39,694 nucleotides of DNA from Lachnospiraceae bacterium (lineage in GTDB: Bacteria > Bacillota > Clostridia > Lachnospirales > Lachnospiraceae), in the NCBI GenBank assembly GCA_022790905.1, contig JAAVYC010000033.1, positions 1 through 39,694 of the forward strand. The letters are read 5' to 3'. Of this stretch, positions 1 through 9,723 are shown piece by piece (position 1 is the stretch's first letter; every line of letters starts with the position of its first letter). The position numbers and the translations under genes are program-made. Under the pieces are notes generated by a model that saw only the letters and a program-made list of their open reading frames with translations, did no database searches and was not told where the DNA came from.

Positions 1-1002
1 CGGACACATACAAAAAGAATAGACGCCTCTTCCGTTTTCTAGATTCGATGTCAATTTATAGGAAGCCGACGGTAGATAGCGCATATCCGCTCCTTTATAC
101 TGAACGCGATTGATCATCTCCTGCGGATGCTCAATGCGCAGTCCAACGGCAAAAGATTTCGCATCCATCGGAATCCCCCTTTTATAAAACATAGAAAAAG
201 TATCTCTTGCACTGTGCCCAATGGCAAAGACCACCACATCTGTCTCTATCCACGTGCTCTTATTGATCTCTATTCTTTTTAAAGAGTTCTTTTCAATCTC
301 TAGATCCGTCACTTCCTGCAAAAAACGTATCTCGCCTCCCATTTCAACAATGGCCTTTCTGAGATCCCCAATGACCTCGCAGAGCCGATCCGTTCCGATA
401 TGGGGTTTATTCATATAGAGAATCTCGGGATTGGCCCCATATTCCACAAAAGTCTCCAAAACATGGCGCCCTATCCCGCGTTTATCTTTAATCAGTGTAT
501 TTAATTTCCCGTCGGAAAATGTTCCGGCGCCGCCCTCGCCAAACTGTACATTAGAGGCGAAATCTAAATTCCCCGTCTCCCAAAAAGATACGACATCTTT
601 TTTTCTTTCCTCGACTGTTTTCCCGCGCTCTAAAAGAAGCGGATCGTATCCCGCTTTTGCTAACTCATAAGCGCAAAATAGCCCTGCCGGACCGGCCCCC
701 ACAATCACAGGCCTGTGACAGAGAGGATTTTTTCCAGTCATCTGAAACTGATATGTAATTCTTTTGGTTAACGTAATATTTTTATCGTGAACTCTTTTGA
801 GGATTTTTTCTTCTATTGGTGTTTTGATATCCACGGTATAGACATAACAGACTTCATCTTTTCGCCTGGCATCGATCGACTGTTTGACGATTTCCATATC
901 TTGAATCTGCTCCGGAGTGATTCTGCATATTTTTGCCGCTTTTTTTAAGAGATCATTTTTATTATGTTTCAGAGGTACTTTGATTTGTTGTACCCGTATC
1001 AT
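1..1002 (-). CDS. FAD-dependent oxidoreductase/dehydrogenase (3' end runs off the window)
   Basis: Not in the ORF track; translated by hand from ATG at 1002: MIRVQQIKVPLK...PVIVGAGPAGLFCAYELAKAGYDPLLLERG...SNVQFGEGGAGTFSDGKLNT...AIGHSARDT...VYSFCMCP. Has a GxGxxG Rossmann motif. Its ATG overlaps the upstream TGA (ATGA, 999-1002). Confidence 0.88.
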   Translation of the reverse strand, partial: MIRVQQIKVPLKHNKNDLLKKAAKICRITPEQIQDMEIVKQSIDARRKDEVCYVYTVDIKTPIEEKILKRVHDKNITLTKRITYQFQMTGKNPLCHRPVIVGAGPAGLFCAYELAKAGYDPLLLERGKTVEERKKDVVSFWETGNLDFASNVQFGEGGAGTFSDGKLNTLIKDKRGIGRHVLETFVEYGANPEILYMNKPHIGTDRLCEVIGDLRKAIVEMGGEIRFLQEVTDLEIEKNSLKRIEINKSTWIETDVVVFAIGHSARDTFSMFYKRGIPMDAKSFAVGLRIEHPQEMINRVQYKGADMRYLPSASYKLTSNLENGRGVYSFCMCP

Positions 1003-2270
1003 GTTCCATCCCCTTTCCTCTTTCTTGAGACCGCCGCAGCCGATTTTCCAGCCGCATATCCGCTAGACCACGCCCACTGTAAATTATATCCGCCGCACAT
1101 CCCGTCGACATCCATCATCTCACCCGCAAAAAACAGTCCCTTGTGCAATTTAGACTCCATTGTCTCTTCGCTGATTTCTAACGTCGATACGCCGCCCGCT
1201 GTGACTTGTGACTGCTCAAACTTTCGCATCCCGATAATCTGAAATGGAAAACGCGTCAGATATTTGCAAATCCTTTCCAGATCCGCTGCGCTGCAATCGC
1301 CGGCCCGTCCGCTTTTACCCTGTTTCTTTTTAGAACTCCAATGCCCTGCACACTCTAACACTACTTCTAATAACTTGTGATGAAAAAGCCCATTTAGAGC
1401 CTCCAAAACGTTTCTGTCTCGCAGCATATAAAAACGTTTCAATAAAAAATCCTGCACATGATCTTTTGCTATTTCCGGCAAAAAATTGATTTCCGCTCTC
1501 ACATTCTGACCTTTTAACAGTGCTTTTGCCGCAAAACGACTGACCTGAAAAACTGGAATACCTGAGATTCCATAGTCTGTCAGCTGAATCTCCCCAGTAT
1601 CTTTCACAACAGATTGTTCTTCTATAAACAGTGATACCATTGCCTCTGCGCGAACGCCGGCAAGCCTTCCGGAAAAAGTCTGTTTTGCCTCCATCCCGAC
1701 AAGGGCAGGTACTAAATCCGTTATGTGATGTCCTAGTCTTTCTAGGTACAAAAATCCACTTCCGTCACTTCCCGTATATTTTGCCGATTTGCCCCCTGTC
1801 GCCAAAACACAGGTTTTTCCCAAAAAATCTTTCGTTTTTGTACAAATCCTATACCCATTTTTTTGCTGCTCTATGGAACGTATTCCAACATCCGTCCATA
1901 TTATTACGTTCTGTTTTTTCAATTCCAAAAGAAGTGCTTCCCGAACGGAAGACGCCTGCATACTCCTTGGATAGACATACCCATTTTTTTCTTTGGGCTC
2001 GATCCCGATTGTGCGAAAAAAATCAATTGTCTCATGATAGCCAAATTGCTCTAAAGCCGGCAATACAAAGGCAGGGTCATCTCCTCGATAATATTCGATG
2101 CCCTGCGTTTGATTCGTATAATTACATCTTCCATTTCCTGTAGAGATAAGCTTCTTTCCACAGGATTCCATATGCTCCAAAATCAGAACTGACGCGCCTT
2201 CTCTTGCAGCGATAATTGCCGCCATCATCCCAGCTGCGCCGCCTCCGATTACTATCACATCATATAACAT
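999..2270 (-). CDS. HI0933/YhiN/BaiN-family flavoprotein
   Basis: VIVIGGGAAGMMAA, GKKLISTGNGRCNYTN, LATGGKS...GSDGSG, VTAGGV and FAGEMMDVDGMCGGYNLQWAWSSG are hallmark HI0933 motifs. SD AAGGAG upstream. Confidence 0.92.
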   Translation of the reverse strand: MLYDVIVIGGGAAGMMAAIIAAREGASVLILEHMESCGKKLISTGNGRCNYTNQTQGIEYYRGDDPAFVLPALEQFGYHETIDFFRTIGIEPKEKNGYVYPRSMQASSVREALLLELKKQNVIIWTDVGIRSIEQQKNGYRICTKTKDFLGKTCVLATGGKSAKYTGSDGSGFLYLERLGHHITDLVPALVGMEAKQTFSGRLAGVRAEAMVSLFIEEQSVVKDTGEIQLTDYGISGIPVFQVSRFAAKALLKGQNVRAEINFLPEIAKDHVQDFLLKRFYMLRDRNVLEALNGLFHHKLLEVVLECAGHWSSKKKQGKSGRAGDCSAADLERICKYLTRFPFQIIGMRKFEQSQVTAGGVSTLEISEETMESKLHKGLFFAGEMMDVDGMCGGYNLQWAWSSGYAAGKSAAAVSRKRKGDGT

Positions 2271-2290
2271 ACCATAGCTCCTTTAGAGCG

Positions 2291-2299
2291 ATTATATCA
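2291..2299 (-). promoter_or_regulatory. Extended -10 sigmaA promoter (TGaTATAAT) for the flavoprotein pair
   Basis: Minus strand reads TGATATAAT about 20 nt upstream of the ATG at 2270. Confidence 0.6.
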
Positions 2300-2312
2300 T
2301 ATTAAAAACTAT

Positions 2313-2684
2313 TTAACTAGAATAATTTTCTAAAAAATCATACAGTTCCTGTGTGTTTTGGATCAGATAACCTTCATCTATTTTTTTCTGTAATTCCTCG
2401 TCTAATTCAGAATAAGAAATATCTGTCTTTAAATACACCGTCTTTAGATCTTTTTGATAGACCGTGAGATAGCCGTTTTCATTTACAATGACATATTCAT
2501 ATGCTGTTTTGGCCACACTTGTCTCCTTCGTCTCCACTTCCTGGACGATCTCTGGTTCTAATTCTTCTATTGACAGTAATTCCTCTTCTTTTATCTGCAT
2601 AGTGTGCTGATAAATATAGGAGCCTCCAATCAGTAATCCTGCTCCCAAAATAAAAAAAGTGCGAATACGGTTCGTTTTGTTCAT
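2313..2684 (-). CDS. BofC C-terminal-domain protein with N-terminal membrane anchor
   Basis: N-terminal hydrophobic stretch (FFILGAGLLIGG). C-terminal YVIVNENGYLTVY...TDISYSELDEELQKKIDEG...ELYDFLENYSS resembles BofC_C. ATG at 2684 is preceded by GGGGTGA. Confidence 0.7.
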   Translation of the reverse strand: MNKTNRIRTFFILGAGLLIGGSYIYQHTMQIKEEELLSIEELEPEIVQEVETKETSVAKTAYEYVIVNENGYLTVYQKDLKTVYLKTDISYSELDEELQKKIDEGYLIQNTQELYDFLENYSS

Positions 2685-2699
2685 CTTATCACCCCAAAC

Positions 2700-2728
2700 A
2701 GTATTCACAACTTTTTTTTGTTTTATAC
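2700..2728 (-). promoter_or_regulatory. Forespore (sigF/sigG-type) promoter for the bofC-like gene
   Basis: GTATA-N15-GTGAATACT on the minus strand versus sigF consensus GYWTA-N15-GGnnAnAnT. bofC is sigF-controlled in B. subtilis. Confidence 0.55.
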
Positions 2729-2732
2729 AAAT

Positions 2733-4388
2733 TTATCTCAACAAGTGCAGTTTTTTCAAAACTCGAACAAGTATCCTTCCCTTTGGAAATGACAGCACTT
2801 CCTCCTCCTTCAGTCCGTGTAACAAGAACAGCAAAATGAGATAGACAAGTCCTCCAATCACAATACTAATCAAAGTCGACACCGCATTGACCTTCAGGAA
2901 TTTATGTAGGAACGGATAGGCAAAATAAACCGCTACTCCCATGATTCCGGAAGAAATCGCTGGGATCAAAAATGTCTTTAAAATCTCCTGGCGATATCTC
3001 GTATATCGTTTCAGCGAAGAGGCATTCAAAAAGCACATCACAAAAGCAAAAAAAGTATTTGCAATGACAACAGAATAGATACCTAGACGAAAGCCATACA
3101 TACAGATAAATAATACCACGACATGTAGCGCTAACGCGATCAGTGCATTTTTGACCGGTGCTCTCATCCGATTGATTCCCTGTAAAAGCCCGTTTGAAAG
3201 CGTCGACAGAGAATAAAATACGATAGATACCGCCCCTATGCGCAGCATATTCTCAATCACTTTCCCACCGTCTCCAAATAACAACTGCATAATTGGAGAG
3301 GCCAAAACACCGATTCCAACGGCACAGGGAAATGCTATCACCATAATAAAGCGAATCGAAGAGTTGATTCTACTGCGCACCAGCTTTGCATCGCGTTTTG
3401 CGTGGGCAGCCGCAAGACTTGGTACACAGGAGGCAGCCATCGCCGATGCGATAGAGATCGGGACGTTAGTCAATACTTTATATTTTCCTGAAAAAATCCC
3501 CCACAATTCATCCATCTTTGCACTTTCGACACCTTGTCTCAACGCGATATTCTTATAGACGCCCTGGTCGATGACAGAACTGATATTATAGACCGTTGTA
3601 CTCAAAAGTACTGGAACAATCGTCAGCATTAAGAGGATCATAATATAGCTGTAACGATCTGTCCGCTTTGTCCGGCTCTGTCTGACCCGCCTGCGATAGA
3701 CAGAGGAATATGTCGCAAAGACAAAGATTGAAAATAAAAGTGCAAATACTGCTCCCATCGCGGTACCTAAGGTACCACCTGCCGCGCCGTAAGCTGCGGC
3801 ATAGTCCTCTCCGCTGCCGAGTACAGCCCCCACTTTTTTCCCGTAGGAGGCTAACATGTAAGCGGCCCAGACACTGATAATCGCATTGATAATCTGTTCT
3901 ATAATTTGTGATACAGCACTTGGCATCATGGTTCCAAGTCCCTGAAAAAAGCCTCTCATAACACCTAAAATCGCCATGACAACAAGCGCTGGCGCCAGTA
4001 TTCTCAGTGCAAAGATACTCAGCGGCGTTTTCATCAGACGCGTGATTGCCTCTGCGCCAAAAAAGACAACCGACATCGCAATCACACCAGAACATACGGC
4101 AAGCAAAAGTGCTCCCTTGAATACGCGAAATGCATTTTTAAAATCACCTTTTGCAGCCTTTGCCGAGACCAGCTTAGAGACCGCCATTGGCAGACTGTAA
4201 GATGAAATCAATAAAAGCATACTGTATATTTCATATGCACAGCTATAATAGCTGTTTCCCTTATCTCCAATAATCGCCGTAAGTGGGACTCTATAGAGAA
4301 GCCCTATGATACGGCTGATAATTGAAGCAATTGCCAGAATGGAGCCTTGTATTAAAAAGCTGGATTCCCTTTTTCTGCTATCGCCCAT
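2733..4388 (-). CDS. Polysaccharide biosynthesis protein, MurJ/SpoVB (YtgP/YabM)-like MOP flippase
   Basis: FLIQGSILAIASIISRIIGLLYRVPL, RGFFQG...PSAVSQIIEQI, and many TM segments. Start set at ATG 4388, which follows GAGGT. Confidence 0.88.
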   Translation of the reverse strand: MGDSRKRESSFLIQGSILAIASIISRIIGLLYRVPLTAIIGDKGNSYYSCAYEIYSMLLLISSYSLPMAVSKLVSAKAAKGDFKNAFRVFKGALLLAVCSGVIAMSVVFFGAEAITRLMKTPLSIFALRILAPALVVMAILGVMRGFFQGLGTMMPSAVSQIIEQIINAIISVWAAYMLASYGKKVGAVLGSGEDYAAAYGAAGGTLGTAMGAVFALLFSIFVFATYSSVYRRRVRQSRTKRTDRYSYIMILLMLTIVPVLLSTTVYNISSVIDQGVYKNIALRQGVESAKMDELWGIFSGKYKVLTNVPISIASAMAASCVPSLAAAHAKRDAKLVRSRINSSIRFIMVIAFPCAVGIGVLASPIMQLLFGDGGKVIENMLRIGAVSIVFYSLSTLSNGLLQGINRMRAPVKNALIALALHVVVLFICMYGFRLGIYSVVIANTFFAFVMCFLNASSLKRYTRYRQEILKTFLIPAISSGIMGVAVYFAYPFLHKFLKVNAVSTLISIVIGGLVYLILLFLLHGLKEEEVLSFPKGRILVRVLKKLHLLR

Positions 4389-4417
4389 AACCTCAAAATT
4401 CCTTTCCGCGAGCAATG

Positions 4418-5512
4418 CTACGGAGTCTTTGATCCTGCAGATTTATAATCTTCTTCGCTGCTGTAAAATGCAATTTTATCTGCATTGGAATCCTGTACGA
4501 CACAGACCCATGTCTTACCCTGGTTCATGGTAATCTCATTTCCATCTTTCGTATAATAATGTGTACGGTTTCCATCTTTTTTCCAAGTTACCGGAATCGC
4601 TTTTCCGCCGGTAATATAATATCCCTCTCCACCAGAAGTCGTGTTAATTCTCAAATATTTATTATCTGGCTCATATTGCCATACGCAGCACTGAATCAAA
4701 ATATTTTTGACACTCAGCTGATTTCCTGTAGCGGCATCCTTATGTGCTCCACCGTATTCAAAGCGATCATAAGTTCCACTCTCTTTATTATAGACAAACC
4801 ATGGTTTACACACCGGATAACCCGGCACGACAACTGCGGCATCCTGACCATCTGTCAACTCCACCGCTTTTTCGTCCTTTGCAAAAGGAAACGGTGTCCC
4901 ATAACCTTCCTCTAATTCGGTGCCATACTTCATTTGCTTAATTCCAGCGTTGATGCCATCGGTACTCGTGAACGCATTGTGCGGCGCTTTTCTGTCGGAT
5001 GTGCGGTAGTAGACTTTATTTCCCACGGCCTCTAATCCATTCAGATTATCAACTTCGCCGCTGTCCAAAAATGGTTCCGCATAAGCGGCCTGACCATAAT
5101 GAGCATAGATGGCATTGAATTCGTTCGCAAATTCCGGAAAATACAGACGGCAGCTTCTGACAGAGCCAATCCGATCTAAATTGGAATAGTCCTGATAGAG
5201 CGCCATCATTCTGGTCTCTCCGCCCTCTACCGGGCATTCATAAATGACATCTGCGGCCTCTGTTCCATATTGTGGAAGCGCCACTTTTGTATTGCCGATC
5301 ATAATCGCTAACGGACGCTTTTTCGCCTGCTCTGTATCCATTGGCTCTCCCGTCAACGGATTGACATTGTCCTTTGTCTCTATCTTTTCTTTCTTTTCCG
5401 TTGTCTGTTCTGTCTTTTTTTCTTCTTTTGGTGCTTCTTCTTTTTTACACCCCACGAAAAGTAAAGCGCACGCAGACAGAGCCATCAAAAATTTGAATGT
5501 GTGTTTCTTCAT
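4418..5512 (-). CDS. DUF3048 (YerB-like) lipoprotein
   Basis: Lipobox LFVGC after a signal peptide; NPLTG, RPLAIMIGN, ADVIYECPVEGGETR, IGSVRSCR, RKAPHN motifs. Confidence 0.8.
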   Translation of the reverse strand: MKKHTFKFLMALSACALLFVGCKKEEAPKEEKKTEQTTEKKEKIETKDNVNPLTGEPMDTEQAKKRPLAIMIGNTKVALPQYGTEAADVIYECPVEGGETRMMALYQDYSNLDRIGSVRSCRLYFPEFANEFNAIYAHYGQAAYAEPFLDSGEVDNLNGLEAVGNKVYYRTSDRKAPHNAFTSTDGINAGIKQMKYGTELEEGYGTPFPFAKDEKAVELTDGQDAAVVVPGYPVCKPWFVYNKESGTYDRFEYGGAHKDAATGNQLSVKNILIQCCVWQYEPDNKYLRINTTSGGEGYYITGGKAIPVTWKKDGNRTHYYTKDGNEITMNQGKTWVCVVQDSNADKIAFYSSEEDYKSAGSKTP

Positions 5513-5532
5513 GCGTGATTCCTCCTTGTCAA

Positions 5533-6030
5533 CTATCTTGTAATTCCTAAAGAATCCAAAATCGTTTTTTGTTTATTTTCCATAATTGCCGCCTCTTCCG
5601 GTTCCATATGATCGTACCCGAGTAAATGCAGCATACTATGCGTAATCAAAAAAGCAAATTCTCTCTTAGGGCTATGTCCATATTCCTCTGCCTGCCCTAA
5701 AAGCTTTGGCACGGAAATAATAATATCCCCTAATAAGATTTCCCCTGTATCGGGATTTACATTCTCCTCCCCCACACCTTTGGCCTTTGAAAAATCTCCC
5801 AGTGCTCCAAATGTGAGCATCGGAAAAGACAAGACGTCTGTCGCCCTATCGATTTCACGGTATGTTCGATTCAAATCCCGAATTGTTTCATTATCCGTCA
5901 ACAAAAGACTCACTTCCGGCTCATAGGGAAACTCTTCCGTCTTCACCGTATGTGAGATCACTTCTTTTGCAATTTTTTTATATTCAAAATCAAACGGTAA
6001 TTCCACGGTATGTTCGATCGTTACGGTCAA
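5533..6030 (-). CDS. ybeY: rRNA maturation endoribonuclease YbeY
   Basis: LNRTYREIDRATDVLSFP and HSMLHLLGYDH (H3xH5xH) motifs. TTG start overlaps the upstream TGA. Confidence 0.95.
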   Translation of the reverse strand: MTVTIEHTVELPFDFEYKKIAKEVISHTVKTEEFPYEPEVSLLLTDNETIRDLNRTYREIDRATDVLSFPMLTFGALGDFSKAKGVGEENVNPDTGEILLGDIIISVPKLLGQAEEYGHSPKREFAFLITHSMLHLLGYDHMEPEEAAIMENKQKTILDSLGITR

Positions 6031-7204
6031 AATAGATTTTCTCCTTTCACCAAAAAATCCCGAATCTTCAAAAACTGATTCATGCTGAGTCCCGACTCAT
6101 CGTAAATACCAGTCGAAGAATTCTCATTCAGCGTCTGATAGATTACCATGTCCTGATTCCAGTTTGTCGAAAAAGTCTTTTTATCCAACAAATCAAGCTT
6201 TGTCACAACCCGATCCACCATATGTACAATGGCGGACTCCTTCGAAGAGATCACCGTCAACTCTCCATTGTATTCCCTTAAAATTTGGATCAAATCCTCC
6301 GGAAAACAGACATTTTCCGCCAAGAGTACCCCGTTTTCTATATAAGGTTCCCCTTCCATTCGTCCAATCCGATAGTAGAATCCGGCTGCCCGGCAGAGCT
6401 CCTCGTCCAACCCGAGAAGATGCGCACACTCTCCGCACAGATTCGAGACACGGACCGCGTGAGAATAGTCCAACTCTGAAAAACGACGAATCGATTGCAC
6501 CAACGGATAATTTTCTTTCAATAATCCCGTGTAAATTCCATTTTGTACCTCTTCCATTTTAGGCTGAAATACTTTAAGAGAAATCTGCAAAGAGACGAGA
6601 TTGATCAGTACCATGATCACCGCTGACATAAGCGTTTGGCTCGTAACCACTAAATGTTGTGCATAGTAACAGGATACTACAATAATAATTGTACCAAAGA
6701 ACACAATAAATTGCACCCATAAATATAAATGTTTTTTCTTTCCGGCATAGACTAACATCACGCCAAGCAGCCCCATCGTCAAGGCTGCAAGCAAGACGCG
6801 AAGATCTTGATTTAAAACAAACGCCAAATTCAAATTCAAAAAGATCCCTGTCGTTAAAGCGATCTCCCGATTCGCCGCTAACGTCATCAGAGCGGAAAAC
6901 GTAAAGGCAAACGTGATATATTCCGGCAGGTAAAAACACAGATAACATCCCGCCATTCCGAGCAGATAAACAACTGCGATAGTTCTGAAATCATTTGTCT
7001 CTTTTCCCGGCAATTTTTCAAAAAATCGCTCCTCTTCCAAAAAATAAATACGGATAAAAAGACAAGATCTAGAAAAAGCAAAACCAAAGCCTCATCTAAG
7101 GCAAGCCCCACTCTGCCTATCATCAAGGCAGTAAACAGCGCAGTAGAACATAAAATCAGCCCAATTCCCAGAACCCTTCTTTTTATAAAACGCTGCTCTT
7201 TCAT
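6027..7204 (-). pseudogene. PgpH/YqfF-like membrane HD-domain protein split by a frameshift (or a sequencing error) at the T6 run 7039-7044
   Basis: ORF 7204-6887 starts at an ATGA overlap with phoH. ORF 7040-6027 starts at TTG with no SD. Adding one T to the T6 run joins them into a 392-aa multi-TM + HD-like protein. It sits between phoH and ybeY, the pgpH position. Confidence 0.72.
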
Positions 7205-8199
7205 TTGCGTACCCTCGGTCCTTTTTTGTTTGCTTTTGACTCTTTTTTCTCATATACTTCATATGCCTGCACAATCTTTTGTACTAATGGATGACGCACG
7301 ACGTCCTTGCTTGAGAGTTCACAGATCGAAATTCCCTCCACCCTCTTTAAAACCCGCAGGGCCACGTCAAGTCCCGAGGTACTCCCCTTTGGAAGATCCT
7401 TTTGTGTCGCATCTCCTGTAACAACGACCTTAGAACCAAATCCGATACGGGTCAGAAACATCTTCATCTGCGCCGGAGTCGTATTTTGCGCCTCATCCAA
7501 AATAATAAACGCATTATCGAGCGTTCTTCCGCGCATATAGGCAAGAGGCGCCACTTCAATCAATCCCTTTTCCATATTCCTCTGAAAGTTCTCCGCTCCC
7601 ATGATTTGATGGAGCGCATCGTAAAGAGGTCTTAGATAGGGATCCACTTTACTCTGGAGATCTCCCGGTAAAAATCCGAGTTTTTCCCCCGCCTCAATCG
7701 CCGGTCTAGTGAGAATGATTCTCCCAACCTCCTCGTTTCCAAAAGCGGTAATTGCCATCGCCATGGCCAGATACGTCTTTCCCGTTCCGGCAGGTCCCAT
7801 TCCAAAGACAATCATCTGTTTTCGTATCGCGTCCACATACTCTTTTTGTCCCAGCGTCTTTGGTTTTACCGGTTTTCCATTGATCGTATGACAGATCAGA
7901 TCGTCGTCTATTTTTCCCAAAACCGTAATATCTTTTTGCTCCGCTGCTAAATCAAGCGCATACTGCACCTGCTGCTGCGTGATATCGTTTCCCTTTTTGC
8001 TCAATTCTACCAATTCCAAAAAAACGCGGGAAGCACTCTTAACATTTGTGCTGTCCCCGAGAATTTTCATGCCGTCTTCTCTGACTGCAACGGTAACATT
8101 AAGAGTGCGTTCAATTGTTTTGATATTTTTATCATACTCTCCAAAAACGTTCGCCATATGCTTTGTGGGAACGTCCAATTTTATTTCATTCAGACTCAT
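7201..8199 (-). CDS. phoH: PhoH-family ATPase
   Basis: GPAGTGKT Walker A, LTRPAIEAGEKLGFLPGDL, APLAYMRGRTL, ILDEAQN, DVVRHPLV. Confidence 0.95.
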   Translation of the reverse strand: MSLNEIKLDVPTKHMANVFGEYDKNIKTIERTLNVTVAVREDGMKILGDSTNVKSASRVFLELVELSKKGNDITQQQVQYALDLAAEQKDITVLGKIDDDLICHTINGKPVKPKTLGQKEYVDAIRKQMIVFGMGPAGTGKTYLAMAMAITAFGNEEVGRIILTRPAIEAGEKLGFLPGDLQSKVDPYLRPLYDALHQIMGAENFQRNMEKGLIEVAPLAYMRGRTLDNAFIILDEAQNTTPAQMKMFLTRIGFGSKVVVTGDATQKDLPKGSTSGLDVALRVLKRVEGISICELSSKDVVRHPLVQKIVQAYEVYEKKESKANKKGPRVRK

Positions 8200-9433
8200 T
8201 TTCTGCTATTCCTTCTTCTTTTGGCACTTCTAATACTTCCGTATCCTGATAGACACCGAATTTCTCCTCCGTCAGAATCGTGCCCTGAAATACATAATCA
8301 TTTTTTTCTGTACTCATCATAACATTTTTTTCCGTAATTTGAAGCCCTTTTTCTTCCAATTTTGAAAGAAATAAGTCTAAATCCTTCGCGGCCTCCGCTT
8401 TTGCCTCTGCTTTTTTCACCTCATATTCTTTTAACTGATATTCTTTATAAGTATCTTTTTGCAGATAAAACGGAAGATAAAAATTCTTAAAAATGCGAAG
8501 TTGTACTTTTTCTGTCTCTTTTTCATAGAGACGATAAGAGATTTTCCTTCCCGAAAATCCTATGTACTTTCTGTGATACCAGAAAGAATAATGTACTTTT
8601 TCTTTCCCAGTGTAGACTTTCTTCTGTGCCTTTTTCGACACCCTGGTCTCGTAGGGATAAGAAGTTCTCGCCAAAATATCGGCATCCGCTTTGCAATATC
8701 TATAATCTACAACCTCTTTTGCATCATTTAAAATATCAATTCTGCCGGATACAAGGATTGCCCCTTTTTTTACTTTATCGCCCGCTTTTACCTGCGGAGT
8801 ACCGCTTCTTGTAATAATCTGAAGAATTGTCGCCTTTTTATCCGACACGATATCTTTCGCCGATTCCTCTTCCTCTTCTTTCTCATCTGGTTCCGCCGTA
8901 ATCAGATTTTCTTTCACATCCACGGTTAACTTTGTCCCTTCTAAACGTACAGATGTCCAAATCACATTCGAAAAATGCTGTCGGATCAAAGATTCAAGCT
9001 TTTCGCAGTCCACTTCTCTTTTTGCTGTACCGACATGAATCTTTTCTTCCTCTAAATAGCGGTAAATCGTGTCCTCAGACAGGGCGGAATTTCCACAGAT
9101 TTGAATATTCCACACATAGCAGGAAAATCCGTAGACGATACTAATCCCTAACAAAAATCCAAATAAAAAAAGTTTTCTCTTCCGATAGCGATAAAGTAAA
9201 AAAGGAAATCCACATTTTTTCACTACATGAATGCTCGTTTTTGTCTTTTTTACAAAAGGGCGAATCGTAAAAAAGTCTTTCAGTTTCATGGAAAATTCAT
9301 ACGTATCTTCCCGGTGATCTAGATCCCAGATATAAATATTATGGTTTGTACAGAGATTAAAAAAACGCTCTGTCGCATATCCGGTCAGCTCCACTCTCAC
9401 ATAACCCGACAGGTATCTCAATAATGCAGTCAT
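8186..9433 (-). CDS. yqfD: Sporulation protein YqfD
   Basis: GYVRVELTG...ERFFNL N-terminus, KCGFPF...RKRK followed by a TM helix, GTPQVKAGDKVKKGAILVSG. Synteny yqfC-yqfD-phoH. Confidence 0.88.
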   Translation of the reverse strand: MTALLRYLSGYVRVELTGYATERFFNLCTNHNIYIWDLDHREDTYEFSMKLKDFFTIRPFVKKTKTSIHVVKKCGFPFLLYRYRKRKLFLFGFLLGISIVYGFSCYVWNIQICGNSALSEDTIYRYLEEEKIHVGTAKREVDCEKLESLIRQHFSNVIWTSVRLEGTKLTVDVKENLITAEPDEKEEEEESAKDIVSDKKATILQIITRSGTPQVKAGDKVKKGAILVSGRIDILNDAKEVVDYRYCKADADILARTSYPYETRVSKKAQKKVYTGKEKVHYSFWYHRKYIGFSGRKISYRLYEKETEKVQLRIFKNFYLPFYLQKDTYKEYQLKEYEVKKAEAKAEAAKDLDLFLSKLEEKGLQITEKNVMMSTEKNDYVFQGTILTEEKFGVYQDTEVLEVPKEEGIAENESE

Positions 9434-9436
9434 TTT

Positions 9437-9718
9437 CTAAGCCTCATACTCTATTGATTTTACAAATCCGACAACTTTCATATCTTCATTTGTATAATAC
9501 TCAATCTTGAGTTGTTTTCCATAGACTGTCAGCTTTGCATTTTTTGCCTGAATTTTGATATATTCCTCGTTGTACTCCAAAATCCCTTTATAGTTCTCAA
9601 TCAAAACCTCCCTGCGTCCGGTAACTGTAACGATGGACATGCCATACATCAAATCCTTCGGCAGCTCCAGGGATTCTACTACATTCTGCTTGACTGATTT
9701 TAACCTTTTCTTTTTCAT
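9437..9718 (-). CDS. yqfC: Sporulation protein YqfC (YabP/YqfC family)
   Basis: LELPKDL...VTVTGRREVLIENYKGILEY...G.VKSIEY; directly upstream of yqfD. Confidence 0.88.
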   Translation of the reverse strand: MKKKRLKSVKQNVVESLELPKDLMYGMSIVTVTGRREVLIENYKGILEYNEEYIKIQAKNAKLTVYGKQLKIEYYTNEDMKVVGFVKSIEYEA

Positions 9719-9723
9719 AGTCT

